Shown one piece after another: positions 43,002-52,365 of a DNA stretch of 64,000 nt; position 1 is the stretch's first letter, and every line of letters begins with the position of its first letter. The position numbers and the translations under genes are program-made. The DNA comes from Conexibacter sp. (lineage in GTDB: Bacteria > Actinomycetota > Thermoleophilia > Solirubrobacterales > Solirubrobacteraceae), in contig DASYEC010000122.1 of the NCBI GenBank assembly GCA_036499225.1, forward strand, positions 22,752 to 86,751, given 5' to 3'. The notes under the pieces are model-generated. The model was not told the origin of the DNA, did not search any database, and saw only the letters and a program-made list of their open reading frames with translations.

Positions 43002-44339
43002 ATGAAGCGGTACCACGTCACGACGTTCGGCTGTCAGATGAACGAGCACGACTCGGAGCGGATGAAGGGCATGCTCGAGTCGATCGGCTATGCCGAGGCG
43101 CCTGACCCAGACCACGCCGACCTGATCCTCTTCAACACCTGCTCGATCCGCGAGGCCGCTGACAGCCGCTTCATGGCCCACCTCGGCCACGCGAAGCGGC
43201 GCAAGCGCGAGCGGCCCGAGGTCGTAATCGGCGTGGGCGGCTGCTGGGCGCAGTCGGTCAAGGAAGAGGTCTTCCGCCAGTTCCCGTTCGTCGACGTGGC
43301 GTTCGGCCCCGGCCAGGTCCACAAGCTCGCCGAGTTCCTCACCAGCGACTCGCTCACCGCGCAGGGCTACTTCGAGTTCGAGGGCTTCACCGGCGACCTG
43401 CCCGAGAAGCGGGAGCGCGACTTCCAGGGGTGGGTCCAGATCTCCGTCGGCTGCAACATGGCCTGCTCCTACTGCATCGTTCCCTCGACGCGCGGGCGCG
43501 ACGTCGGCCGCCCGCTGGAGACGCTTGTCGCCGACGTCGAGCGGATGGCGGCGGAGGGCGTCAGCGAGGTCACGCTGCTGGGCCAGAACGTCAACGCCTA
43601 CGGGCGCGACCTCGCCAGACGCGGCCTGCTGCGCGCGAGCTTCGCGGACCTGCTGACGGCCGTTGACGCGATCGACGGGATCCGCCGGATCCGCTACACC
43701 AGCCCGCACCCGCAGGACATGAAAGAGGACGTGATCCGCGCGCACGCCGAGCTCGGCGCGCTGTGCGAGCACGTCCACCTGCCGCTTCAGTCGGGCTCCT
43801 CAGAGGTGCTGAAGCGGATGCGCCGCACCTACTCGCGCGAGCGCTACCTCGACCGCGTCGCGCTGCTGCGCGAGCACGTCCCCGACGTCGCGATCACGAC
43901 CGACATCATCGTCGGCTTCCCAGGCGAGACCGACGAGGAGTTCGAGCAGACGCTCTCGCTGTGCGAGGAGGTCGCCTACGACGGCGCCTTCACCTTCGTC
44001 TACTCGCCGCGCCGCCACACCGAGGCGGCCTCGTTCGAGGACCAGGTGCCGCACGAGGTGAAGGTCGAGCGGATGGAGCGGCTCGTCGAGGTAATCCAGC
44101 GGCGCGCCCGCGAGCGCGCTCAACGGTTTGTCGGGCGGACGCTCGAGGTGCTCGTCGAGGGGCCCTCGCGGACCGACCCGACGCGGCTGCGCGGTCGCTC
44201 GCGCCACAACAAGGTCGTGAACTTCAGCGGGCTCGCACAAGCCGGCGAGTACGTGCAGGTCGAGATCGAAAGCGCGACGAGCCAGACCTTGATGGGCGAG
44301 GAGTCGCTGCTCGCCCGCGCCGGCGCCGGCTCGCGCTGA
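43002..44339 (+). CDS. miaB: tRNA-2-methylthio-N6-dimethylallyladenosine synthase
   Basis: FGCQMNEHDSE, the radical SAM cluster motif CNMACSYC, and a C-terminal TRAM domain. Confidence 0.92.
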   Translation: MKRYHVTTFGCQMNEHDSERMKGMLESIGYAEAPDPDHADLILFNTCSIREAADSRFMAHLGHAKRRKRERPEVVIGVGGCWAQSVKEEVFRQFPFVDVAFGPGQVHKLAEFLTSDSLTAQGYFEFEGFTGDLPEKRERDFQGWVQISVGCNMACSYCIVPSTRGRDVGRPLETLVADVERMAAEGVSEVTLLGQNVNAYGRDLARRGLLRASFADLLTAVDAIDGIRRIRYTSPHPQDMKEDVIRAHAELGALCEHVHLPLQSGSSEVLKRMRRTYSRERYLDRVALLREHVPDVAITTDIIVGFPGETDEEFEQTLSLCEEVAYDGAFTFVYSPRRHTEAASFEDQVPHEVKVERMERLVEVIQRRARERAQRFVGRTLEVLVEGPSRTDPTRLRGRSRHNKVVNFSGLAQAGEYVQVEIESATSQTLMGEESLLARAGAGSR

Positions 44340-44419
44340 GGCGCGGCGCACAGCGCCTGGCTCGTCTGGCCTCGCCCGTTCTCCCGTTCGCGCCGTTTCC
44401 CCCGATCGACAGGATCCCG

Positions 44420-45085
44420 TTGAGCCACCCTGGCCTCGTCATCTTCGGCTGCGACGGCGTGCTCGTCGACAGCGAGCCGATCTCGATGCGCGAGCTGACG
44501 CGCGCGATCAACGCGGTCGACGTGCCGATGAGCGAGGACGAGGTCCACGCGACGTTCGTCGGCGGCTCGATGGAGCTGATCGAGCGTGAGCTGACCCGCC
44601 GCCGTGGCGCGGCGTTGCCGGCCAGCTGGGGCGACGACTTCTACGCCGCGCGCGCAGTCGCGTTCGAGCGCGAGCTGGAGCCGGTGCAGGGCGCGCGAGC
44701 CGCGGTCGAGGCGGTTCAGGCGGCGGGCTGGGAGACGTGCATCGCGTCGCAGGGCCGGCCGGCGAAGATGGCCCAGACGCTCGCGCTGACTTCCCTCGAC
44801 GACCTCTTCCCGCCTCAGCGGATCTTCTCCGCGACGCAGGTCGCGAGAGCGAAGCCCGCGCCCGACCTCTTCCTGCTCGCGGCGAGCAGCTGCGGCTTCG
44901 CTCCGCTGCACTGCGTTGTCGTCGAGGACTCGCTGCTCGGCGTGCGCGGCGCCCGCGCCGCCGCCATGCGCGTGCTCGGCTACGTCCCGCGCGACAGCCC
45001 TGAGGACGCCGCGCTGTCGCTGATAGCGGCGGGAGCTGAGGTCATCCGCTCGATCGGCGACGTGGCCGGGCGGCTGAAGGCATAG
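44420..45085 (+). CDS. HAD-superfamily hydrolase-like protein with the motif I nucleophile replaced (FGCDG instead of FDCDG)
   Basis: HAD motifs II (IASQG), III (RAKPAPD) and IV (VEDS) are present. Motif I reads VIFGCDGVLVDSE. The TTG at 44420 is a tentative start and there is no nearby ATG. Confidence 0.6.
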   Translation: MSHPGLVIFGCDGVLVDSEPISMRELTRAINAVDVPMSEDEVHATFVGGSMELIERELTRRRGAALPASWGDDFYAARAVAFERELEPVQGARAAVEAVQAAGWETCIASQGRPAKMAQTLALTSLDDLFPPQRIFSATQVARAKPAPDLFLLAASSCGFAPLHCVVVEDSLLGVRGARAAAMRVLGYVPRDSPEDAALSLIAAGAEVIRSIGDVAGRLKA

Positions 45086-45187
45086 ACAGCGCCCGCGGCC
45101 AGCGGGCGGGTGCGAGGGCCGAGGGACCGCGCGCTGCGTGCGCGCCATCTCTCGCGATCCGTCCGCGGCCTGTGCGAACATACGTTC

Positions 45188-46255
45188 GTGCGCTGGGACA
45201 ATCTCACCCTGACCGCCGAAGAGGCTACCCGCCTTCCGGGCTACAGAGACGAAGCCGTCGTCCGCCGCTTCGACGCCCCCGAAGCGCTCGACATGCGCTT
45301 CTACGAGGTCCACGCCAGATCGGTCCTCAACCGCGTCCCAGCCGCGTCGAGGATGCCGTTCAGGTGGACCATCAACCCATATCGAGGTTGCAGTCACGCA
45401 TGCGTCTACTGCTTCGCCCGTCCGACGCACAGATATCTGGACTTTGGGCCGGGCCGGGATTTTGAGCGCGAGATCGTCGTGAAGGTGAACGCGCCGGAGG
45501 TCGTTCGGATCGAGCTGGCGCGGCCGTCGTGGAAGGGGGAGCACGTCGCGCTGGGGACGAACACGGATCCCTACCAATGGGTCGAGGGGCGCTACAAGCT
45601 GATGCCCGGGATCTGGGAGGCGATGCGGGACGCCCGCAACCCTTGCTCGGTGCTGACGAAGTCGCCGCTGCTGCTGCGCGACCTGCCGTTGATGCGAGAG
45701 CTGGTAGCGGTGACCGACTTCAGCGCGAGCCTTTCGATCCCGACGTTGGACGAGAAGGCGTGGCGCGCGACCGAGCCGCACACGCCGCACCCGCGGGCAC
45801 GCCTTGAGGCGGTTGCCGAGCTGAACCGCAACGGGATACCGACCGGCATCTTGATCGCGCCCTTGATGCCGGGGATCAACGACGCGCCCGAGCAGATAGA
45901 GCCGCTGCTGGCCGCCGCCGAGGAAGCTGGCGCAACGCACATAGGCGGGATCGCGCTCCACCTCCGCACGGACGTCCGCGAGGTCTTCATGGAGTGGCTG
46001 CGCAGCGCACGGCCCGAGCTCGTGCCGCGCTACGAGCGGCTCTACAGACGGGGGGCGTACGCGCCGAGGGACGAGCGGGAGCGGTTGAGCGCGCTCGTGC
46101 GGCGCCCACGGAGCGGGCCGTCGATGTGGCGGCCGGCGGGCCGGCCCCAGACGCCCGGAGGGCGCGACCGCGGCGGGCGCTGGGGGCGCGGGGCGCCTGG
46201 CGCGGCGACAGAGCGGGCGCGGGCGACGGGAGGGGTGCAGCAGGCGCTGTTCTGA
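45188..46255 (+). CDS. radical SAM protein, SplB/COG1533-like (DNA-repair photolyase-like)
   Basis: INPYRGCSHACVYCFARP (CxxxCxxC). GTG at 45188 (VRWDNL) was chosen. Arg/Gly-rich C-terminal tail. Confidence 0.78.
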   Translation: MRWDNLTLTAEEATRLPGYRDEAVVRRFDAPEALDMRFYEVHARSVLNRVPAASRMPFRWTINPYRGCSHACVYCFARPTHRYLDFGPGRDFEREIVVKVNAPEVVRIELARPSWKGEHVALGTNTDPYQWVEGRYKLMPGIWEAMRDARNPCSVLTKSPLLLRDLPLMRELVAVTDFSASLSIPTLDEKAWRATEPHTPHPRARLEAVAELNRNGIPTGILIAPLMPGINDAPEQIEPLLAAAEEAGATHIGGIALHLRTDVREVFMEWLRSARPELVPRYERLYRRGAYAPRDERERLSALVRRPRSGPSMWRPAGRPQTPGGRDRGGRWGRGAPGAATERARATGGVQQALF

Positions 46256-46427
46256 GCCGGGCCCCGGCGAGCGGGTGGCGAGGCAGCGCGGCGAGCGGGT
46301 GGCGCGGCACGCGGTGGCGGGCGCGGGTTTGTGGCGTGTGCGAGGGGTGGGTGGGGTAGGCAGGTGTGTGATCGACCGCACCGTTCGGGGGCCGCAACTC
46401 CCGGTGGCGCGGTCGTATGGTGAGACT

Positions 46428-47375
46428 ATGGCGTCGAAGATCAAACGGTTGAGAGGGAGCCGCGAGCGGGCGCTGGAGCGGATGCTGCAGACGCGCAGCC
46501 ACGCCTGGGAGGAGGTCGGGCTGGCTCGGCAGATCGGCCAGCGAGCGGCGAAGCGCGCGCGCAGGCAAGCGCTTGTGGTCGCGCCGCTGCTCGTCGCGAT
46601 ACTCGTGCTCTACGCCTACCGCACCGACCTGTTCGGCAAGGCGTGGGACACGCCGGTCAGAATCTTCACCGTTGTCGCGCTCGTAATCCTCGGGTGGGCG
46701 TTCGCGCGCGACGTCGGCCGAGCGGTCGCCCCCGACCTCTTCCGGCGCATGGACCCGGGCACCGCCGGCACCGTCGGCTTCCTGCTGCGGCTGCTGACCG
46801 TGATCATCTTCACGCTCGCTGCGCTGCGGATCGCCGGCATCAGGCCGCAAACGCTCGCGGTCGGCGGGGCCTTCACGGCCGTCGTCTTCGGTCTGGCAGC
46901 CCAGCAGACGCTCGGCAACCTGATCGCTGGGATGGTCCTGCTCAGCGCGCGGCCGTTCCGCGTCGGCGAGCGCGTCCGGTTGCAGGCAGGCGGGCTCGCC
47001 GGGCAGGCCGAAGGCGTCGTCAGCTCGCTCGGGCTGCTCTACACGACGCTCGCGCGGGGCGAGGACCGGATCATGGTGCCCAACAGCGTCGTGCTCAGCG
47101 CCGCGGTCGTCCCGCTGCGCGAGCCTGCGTCGGTCGACCTCCGCGCCCGCCTGCGTCGCGGCCTGAAGCCGACGGCGCTGCAGGCGATCCTCGAGGAGTC
47201 GATCACGGTCCCGCTGCGCGGCCGCCCTGACATAGGCGTCGAGGAGCTCGACGGCGACGAGGTCGTGATGCGGATCCGCGCGACGCCGGAGTACGCCGAC
47301 GACGGCGCCAAGCTCGCCGACGAGATCCTCACAGCGATGTCGTCAATCACCGACGAGCACGAGATCGTGAGCTGA
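46428..47375 (+). CDS. small-conductance mechanosensitive channel (MscS family)
   Basis: ATG at 46428. Three TM helices, then QQTLGNLIAGMVLLSARPFRVGERV. Confidence 0.85.
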   Translation: MASKIKRLRGSRERALERMLQTRSHAWEEVGLARQIGQRAAKRARRQALVVAPLLVAILVLYAYRTDLFGKAWDTPVRIFTVVALVILGWAFARDVGRAVAPDLFRRMDPGTAGTVGFLLRLLTVIIFTLAALRIAGIRPQTLAVGGAFTAVVFGLAAQQTLGNLIAGMVLLSARPFRVGERVRLQAGGLAGQAEGVVSSLGLLYTTLARGEDRIMVPNSVVLSAAVVPLREPASVDLRARLRRGLKPTALQAILEESITVPLRGRPDIGVEELDGDEVVMRIRATPEYADDGAKLADEILTAMSSITDEHEIVS

Positions 47376-47433
47376 GCGGCGTCGGTGGGCGGGGCGAGGC
47401 GGCGAGGCGGTGGGTCGTCGCCGCCGCGCCGAC

Positions 47434-49239
47434 TCACTCGGGCGTTGACGCGCCGCGCTCGAAGCGCTCGCGGCGGATCATGGCGCGCTTGCCCTTGATC
47501 GTGCTGGTGCGCAGGGCGTTGACGACGGCGTCTGCGGCGCCGAGGGGGACCTCCACCAGCGAATAGCGGTCGGCGATCTCGATCGCGCCGATGTCGCGGC
47601 CGCTGAGCTCGGACTCGCCGGTGATCGCGCCGACGAGGTCCTGCGGGCGGATGCCGCCGCGTCTGCCGAGACCGATGTAGAGGCGCGTCGTCGGACCGCT
47701 CGGGCTTGGGCGACCGCGCCCGGGGCCACCGGGCCGGCCACCCGGCCCGCCGCGGCCCTCGCCGTGTCCGTTCCCGCCGCCGCGCCCGCGACCGCCGCCT
47801 TCGCCGCCACCCTGCCACTGCCCACGCTCGCGCGGTCGGTCCTTGCGCGCCGCGTCGGGGATCTCCTGCTCGTCGTCGTCGCGCTCGCCGCCGCTGAGCG
47901 CGTCGTGAGCAAGCTGCAACGCCGCGAGCGCGACCTCCTCGGGCTCGAACTCGGACGACAGCTGGTCGATCACCGCGCGCATCGCGGCGTCGCGATCGTC
48001 TTCCGCTGGCACAAGCAGCCGCTCCTGCAGCGCCGCGCGCGTGCGGTCGAGGCGGCTCGCGTGCAGCTCGGCGACCGACGGGACCCGCTCGACCGCGATC
48101 TGCTGGTGCGTCACCCGCTCGATCGTCTTCAGGAAGCGCTGCTCGCGCGGCTCGGCGAGCGTGATCGCCGTGCCCTCCCGCCCGGCCCGACCGACGCGGC
48201 CGATGCGGTGGACATAGGACTCCGGCGAGGAAGGCACGTCGTAGTTGACGACATGCGTGAGCTGCTCGACGTCGAGCCCGCGCGCCGCGACGTCGGTCGC
48301 GACCAGCAGCTCGGCGGCGCCGGCGCGCAGCCGCTGCATCACGCGGTCGCGCTGCTCCTGCGACATCCCGCCGTGCAGCGCCTCCGCCCGCTGGCCGCGG
48401 CCGTTCAACGTCTCCGTCAGCTGGTCGACCTCGTCGCGCGTACGGCAGAAGACGATCGCCGCCGTCGGCTGCTCGACGTCGAGCAGGCGCCCGAGCGCGG
48501 CTGGCTTGTGCGCTCGCGCGACGACGAAGGCGCGCTGGCGCACGCGCGGCGAGTCGCCCGTCGGCGTCTCGCGCGCGATCTCGATCTGGACGGGGTTGTG
48601 CAGGTGACGCGACGCGATGCGGTCGATCCGCGGCGGCATCGTCGCGGAGAAGAGGACCGTCTGCGATCTCCCCTTGCGCTGCTCCAGGATCGCCTCGATG
48701 TCCTCAGCGAAGCCCATGTCGAGCATCTCGTCGGCCTCGTCGAGCACGACCGTCGAGAGCGCGCCGAGCCTCAGCGTTCTGCGGCCGATGTGGTCGAGCA
48801 CGCGGCCGGGGGTGCCGACGACGATGTCGACGCCGCGCTTCAGAGCGCCGAGCTGGCGCCCGATCGGCTGCCCGCCGTAGAGCGGCAGCACGCGCGCGCC
48901 GAGCGCCTTGCCGTAGCGATGCAGCGCCTCTGAGACCTGCATCGCCAGCTCGCGCGTCGGCACGAGCACGAGCGCGACCGGATCGATGTCGGTGCGGCCC
49001 GGCGTCAGGCGCTGCAGCAGCGGCAGCGCGAACGCCGCCGTCTTGCCGGTGCCGGTCGCCGCCTGGCCGAGCAGGTCGCGCCCTTCCATCAGCGGCGGGA
49101 TCGCCTCGCGCTGGATCGGCGTCGGCTCCTCGTAGCCCAGCCGCGTCAGCGCCTCCAGCAGCTCGTCACGCAGCGCCAGAGCGGCGAAGGTGACGGGGTC
49201 AGCTGAAGCGGGCGGCGCGGCGTCTGGCGAGGAGGTCAT
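47434..49239 (-). CDS. DEAD-box ATP-dependent RNA helicase (DeaD/CsdA-like) with an RGG linker and DbpA-type C-terminal RNA-binding domain
   Basis: Q motif, AATGTGKT, DEAD (VLDEADEMLD), SAT, HRIGRVGRAG. C-terminal RLYIGLGRRGGIRPQDLVGAI. Confidence 0.92.
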   Translation of the reverse strand: MTSSPDAAPPASADPVTFAALALRDELLEALTRLGYEEPTPIQREAIPPLMEGRDLLGQAATGTGKTAAFALPLLQRLTPGRTDIDPVALVLVPTRELAMQVSEALHRYGKALGARVLPLYGGQPIGRQLGALKRGVDIVVGTPGRVLDHIGRRTLRLGALSTVVLDEADEMLDMGFAEDIEAILEQRKGRSQTVLFSATMPPRIDRIASRHLHNPVQIEIARETPTGDSPRVRQRAFVVARAHKPAALGRLLDVEQPTAAIVFCRTRDEVDQLTETLNGRGQRAEALHGGMSQEQRDRVMQRLRAGAAELLVATDVAARGLDVEQLTHVVNYDVPSSPESYVHRIGRVGRAGREGTAITLAEPREQRFLKTIERVTHQQIAVERVPSVAELHASRLDRTRAALQERLLVPAEDDRDAAMRAVIDQLSSEFEPEEVALAALQLAHDALSGGERDDDEQEIPDAARKDRPRERGQWQGGGEGGGRGRGGGNGHGEGRGGPGGRPGGPGRGRPSPSGPTTRLYIGLGRRGGIRPQDLVGAITGESELSGRDIGAIEIADRYSLVEVPLGAADAVVNALRTSTIKGKRAMIRRERFERGASTPE

Positions 49240-49312
49240 CCGACTATTGTCCCGTGCTGGGGGCGAGCGCGCGGTGCGGGTACACGGCTGGGCGCGCCGC
49301 GGGGGTGCGTAG

Positions 49313-49594
49313 CTATGTCGCGGGCGCGTCGTCGGCCAGCGCTGCGGCGACGATCCGGTCGAGCGCGACGCCGAGGCCGGTGGCGAGACGACGCTGCGTG
49401 AGCAGCGTCGGGTTGACCTCGCCGCGCTCTATGTTGCCGATGTAGACGGAGCTGAGACCTGACCCAAGCGCGACCTGGTCGCGCGTGAGCCCGCGCTCTT
49501 CGCGCATACGGCGGACTGCGAGGCCGAAGCGCTCCAGCAACGGGTCACGATGCGGGCTGTCGAGCCGCCGACGATCGAGCGTACGGGTGCCCAT
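49313..49594 (-). CDS. XRE-family HTH transcriptional regulator
   Basis: RMREERGLTRDQVALGSGLSSVYIGNIERGEVNPTL. ATG at 49594 is preferred over the 49633 start. Confidence 0.75.
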   Translation of the reverse strand: MGTRTLDRRRLDSPHRDPLLERFGLAVRRMREERGLTRDQVALGSGLSSVYIGNIERGEVNPTLLTQRRLATGLGVALDRIVAAALADDAPAT

Positions 49595-49851
49595 GTGGGG
49601 GACCGTATACCCACACTCGACAGAGATCGGCAACGAAGGCGCAGTTATGGAACTTTGCGCACCAGTCGGACACCGTAAAGCGGTGCATAAGCACGAGAGA
49701 AATGTTGACGCGCCCGAGACTCGCGGTGATTGTGGCGCGTCGGCGCGTGAACACGAAAGGTGGCGCGAGGGTGCGCTCGTCTTTGGCCCTAACGCCGAGG
49801 CGGCGTGGGGTTTTTCGCGCCCATCCGTCGCGCGACGCTAGTCTGGGAGCG

Positions 49852-50937
49852 ATGCAGCCAGTGGGATCGCAACGTCGTAGGGACGTCAGCGATCACCCGC
49901 GCGTAAGGCCGGAAAAGGCGGTCCTCTTGGGGCTGCTCGGGATCGCGCTCGTTTCGGGCGTGATCGCTCTCGTCGGGCACGTCACCGAATACTCGAAGCT
50001 GCGTCATGCCTTCGACCAGCTCGACGCGGCCTGGCTGCCGTTCGCGCTGATCGGGGTGCTGTGCGCGTACGCCGGCTACATCGCCGCGTATCGCGAGGTC
50101 GCCGGGCTCGAAGGCGGGCCCAAGCTTCGCGTCTGGACGGTGACGCGGATCGTCGGGCTCGGCTTCGGCGCCTTCGTCGTCGGGTCGGCCGCCGGCGGGC
50201 TCGCGGTCGACTATTGGGCGTTGCATCGCACCGGCCTCTCGGTGCATGAGACGCTGCGCCGCGTGCTCGGGCTCAACACGTTGCAATGGGCCGCGCTCGG
50301 CGGCCTGACGACGATCGCCGGCGTCGCGTCGTTGATCGGGCTGGGGCCTGGGGTCCCGTTCGCGATGGCGCTCGCGTGGATCGTCGTCGTCGGCTTCTGC
50401 TTCGCGGCTGGCGCGTGGGTCAGCGCGCCGCGCCGGATCGAGCGCTTCAGTCGCGTCGAGGGCACGCCGCCGCCGCACTCGTGGGCGCCCAAGCTGCTCG
50501 TGCGCTGGGCGTGGGGCTGGATCCACAACGCGCTCGCCGACGCGATCGGCGGCCTCAAATACGTTCGCTGCGTGCTCGGCCATCCGCTCGCCAACCGAGC
50601 CGGCTTCATCGGCTTCCCGCTCTACTGGCTCGGCCAGCTGCTCGCGCTCTACACGGCCGTGCGCGCCTTCGACCAGGACATCGGGCCCGCGGCGCTCGTG
50701 CTCGCCTACGCGACCGGCTACGTCGCGACCGCGCTGCCGCTGCCGGTCGGCGGCGCGGGCGGGGTCGACGCCGCGCTCGCCTTCGCGCTGACGCTCGTCG
50801 GGGTGCCGCTGGCGCCGGCGTTGCTCGCCGCGGTCACCTATCGCGGCTTCTCCTTCTGGCTGCCGATCATCCCCGCCGTCGCGCTGCTTCCGACGGCGCC
50901 GCACCTGAAGCGGGACCTCGAAGGGCTGGCTGCGTGA
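49852..50937 (+). CDS. flippase-like / LPG-synthase-TM (UPF0104) membrane protein, HpnL-like
   Basis: ATG at 49852. About 8 predicted TM helices. C-terminal LPLPVGGAGGVDAALAFAL motif typical of UPF0104. Neighbours the hopanoid operon. Confidence 0.65.
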   Translation: MQPVGSQRRRDVSDHPRVRPEKAVLLGLLGIALVSGVIALVGHVTEYSKLRHAFDQLDAAWLPFALIGVLCAYAGYIAAYREVAGLEGGPKLRVWTVTRIVGLGFGAFVVGSAAGGLAVDYWALHRTGLSVHETLRRVLGLNTLQWAALGGLTTIAGVASLIGLGPGVPFAMALAWIVVVGFCFAAGAWVSAPRRIERFSRVEGTPPPHSWAPKLLVRWAWGWIHNALADAIGGLKYVRCVLGHPLANRAGFIGFPLYWLGQLLALYTAVRAFDQDIGPAALVLAYATGYVATALPLPVGGAGGVDAALAFALTLVGVPLAPALLAAVTYRGFSFWLPIIPAVALLPTAPHLKRDLEGLAA

Positions 50938-50989
50938 GCGGGCCGTGGGGCGCGGCGCGAGCGCACCACAACCGCGAGGAGTTGGCAGC

Positions 50990-52150
50990 ATGAGCCGGGC
51001 ACCGCGCCTGTACGAGTACGTCGGCGCCGGGATGGCCGGCTGGGGGAGGGTCGCGCATCGGACCGTCGGCCTCGGGCTCGACCGGCTGCGGCTCGAGCCG
51101 GGGATCGTCCATGTCTGCGCGCATCTGTCCGACGACGACGTGCCGGTCGTCGCGGGAGCGCTCTACAGCGGGCGCCATCTGTGGCGCAACGCGGAGCCGA
51201 CGCGGCCGTACTTCGCGGTCCGCAACGACCTGCTGCTGCCCGGCTTCCTCGCCGGCTATCCGCCGGGGCTGCCGATCGCGCTGCGGCGGGCGCTGTTCGG
51301 GCTCGACATCGGGCACGTGATGCAGTCGCGCGTGCGCTGCATACCGGTCCGCTTCTCGGACAGGCTGCGGCTGATCGAGGCGCTGCGGGCGCGGCCGGAG
51401 GTCGTGCTCGCGGGGGCGCTGTCGGCGGCGCGGGTCGACGCCTTCCGCCGCCGCGCCGCAAGGCTTCAGCGGCCCGAGCCGGTGACCGCGCGCGACGTGC
51501 TCGACGGCGGGTACGCGGACCTGCTGTGGGAGCTCGTCTCGCCTGACGAGCTCGGCGGGCCGACGTGGGAGACGATGTGGGGGGAGCACATGGCCCAATC
51601 TGGCCTCGAGGTGCGCCGCCTGATCCGGCTGGTGCGCGGCGGCGGGTCGCTCGTCCTCTTTCCGCACGGCTTCCCGTCGCCCGACGGCGGGATCGGGGCG
51701 CTCGACCCACGCGTCGGACGGCTGCTGCACCATGTCCGCCCGGTCGCGATCCAGCCGCTCGGGCTCGCCTACGACCCGCTCGTGCGGGGGCGGCCGCGGG
51801 CGTTCGTCGCATCCGCGCCGACGCTCGAGCGCCCGCCGCGCGACGGCGGCGAGCGGATCGTGCTCGACGCCTTGCGCAGGGCGACGCCGCTGACGTGCGG
51901 GCTGGTCGTCGCGCACGAGGTCGTCGCCCACGGGCGGGTGCCGAGCGCGACGATCGTGCGCGCGGCCGTCGACCGCGCGCTCGCGCGCGCCGACGACGAG
52001 GGGCGGCCGGTCGAGCCGGCGCTTGCCGGCCGCGGCACGCGCGACGCCCGCGTGCTCGAGGCGATCGAAGCAGCGCACCGGCTCGGGCCCAGCAACCGGT
52101 TGGTGCAGCGCTCGGCTAGGACGTTGGCGGCTGCTTGGGAGGCGGCGTGA
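50990..52150 (+). CDS. lysophospholipid/glycerol acyltransferase-family protein (atypical spacing)
   Basis: ATG at 50990. LPLAT motif I HxSxxD (CAHLSDDD), motif III-like LFPHG, motif IV-like VAIQPLGLAYD. There are ~190 aa between motifs I and III. Confidence 0.55.
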   Translation: MSRAPRLYEYVGAGMAGWGRVAHRTVGLGLDRLRLEPGIVHVCAHLSDDDVPVVAGALYSGRHLWRNAEPTRPYFAVRNDLLLPGFLAGYPPGLPIALRRALFGLDIGHVMQSRVRCIPVRFSDRLRLIEALRARPEVVLAGALSAARVDAFRRRAARLQRPEPVTARDVLDGGYADLLWELVSPDELGGPTWETMWGEHMAQSGLEVRRLIRLVRGGGSLVLFPHGFPSPDGGIGALDPRVGRLLHHVRPVAIQPLGLAYDPLVRGRPRAFVASAPTLERPPRDGGERIVLDALRRATPLTCGLVVAHEVVAHGRVPSATIVRAAVDRALARADDEGRPVEPALAGRGTRDARVLEAIEAAHRLGPSNRLVQRSARTLAAAWEAA

Positions 52151-52203
52151 GGAGGGTCGGCGGCGGCGGCGCGGGCCGGCTGGGGGCGGGCGTGGCTCGC
52201 AGC

Positions 52204-52355
52204 GTGGGCGGCCTGCGGGCGGGTGCACGGCGCGGTGCGGGGACGCTGCGCGGGGTGGGCGGACTCGCCGGCGTGGGCGGCCTGTGGGCGGGTGCACGGC
52301 GCGGTGCGGGGACGCTGCGCGAGGTGGGCGGACTCGCCGGCGTGGGCGGGTTGCG
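52204..52355. repeat. 69-bp tandem repeat, 2 full copies (2 mismatches) plus a partial third
   Basis: Copies at 52204-52272 and 52273-52341, with a partial copy from 52342. The GTGGGCGG core recurs at 52204, 52255, 52273, 52324 and 52342. Confidence 0.9.
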
Positions 52356-52365
52356 ACGGAGGAGC

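Noticed and set aside
52135-52365. Calling the PAP2 gene from GTG 52135 so that the tandem repeat is coding.
   Set aside because: This is not excluded, but the upstream part overlaps the acyltransferase end by 16 nt and is pure Gly/Arg/Ala low complexity. The GTG at 52366 has a GGAGGA Shine-Dalgarno. It is kept as an open question in the findings rather than as the feature call.
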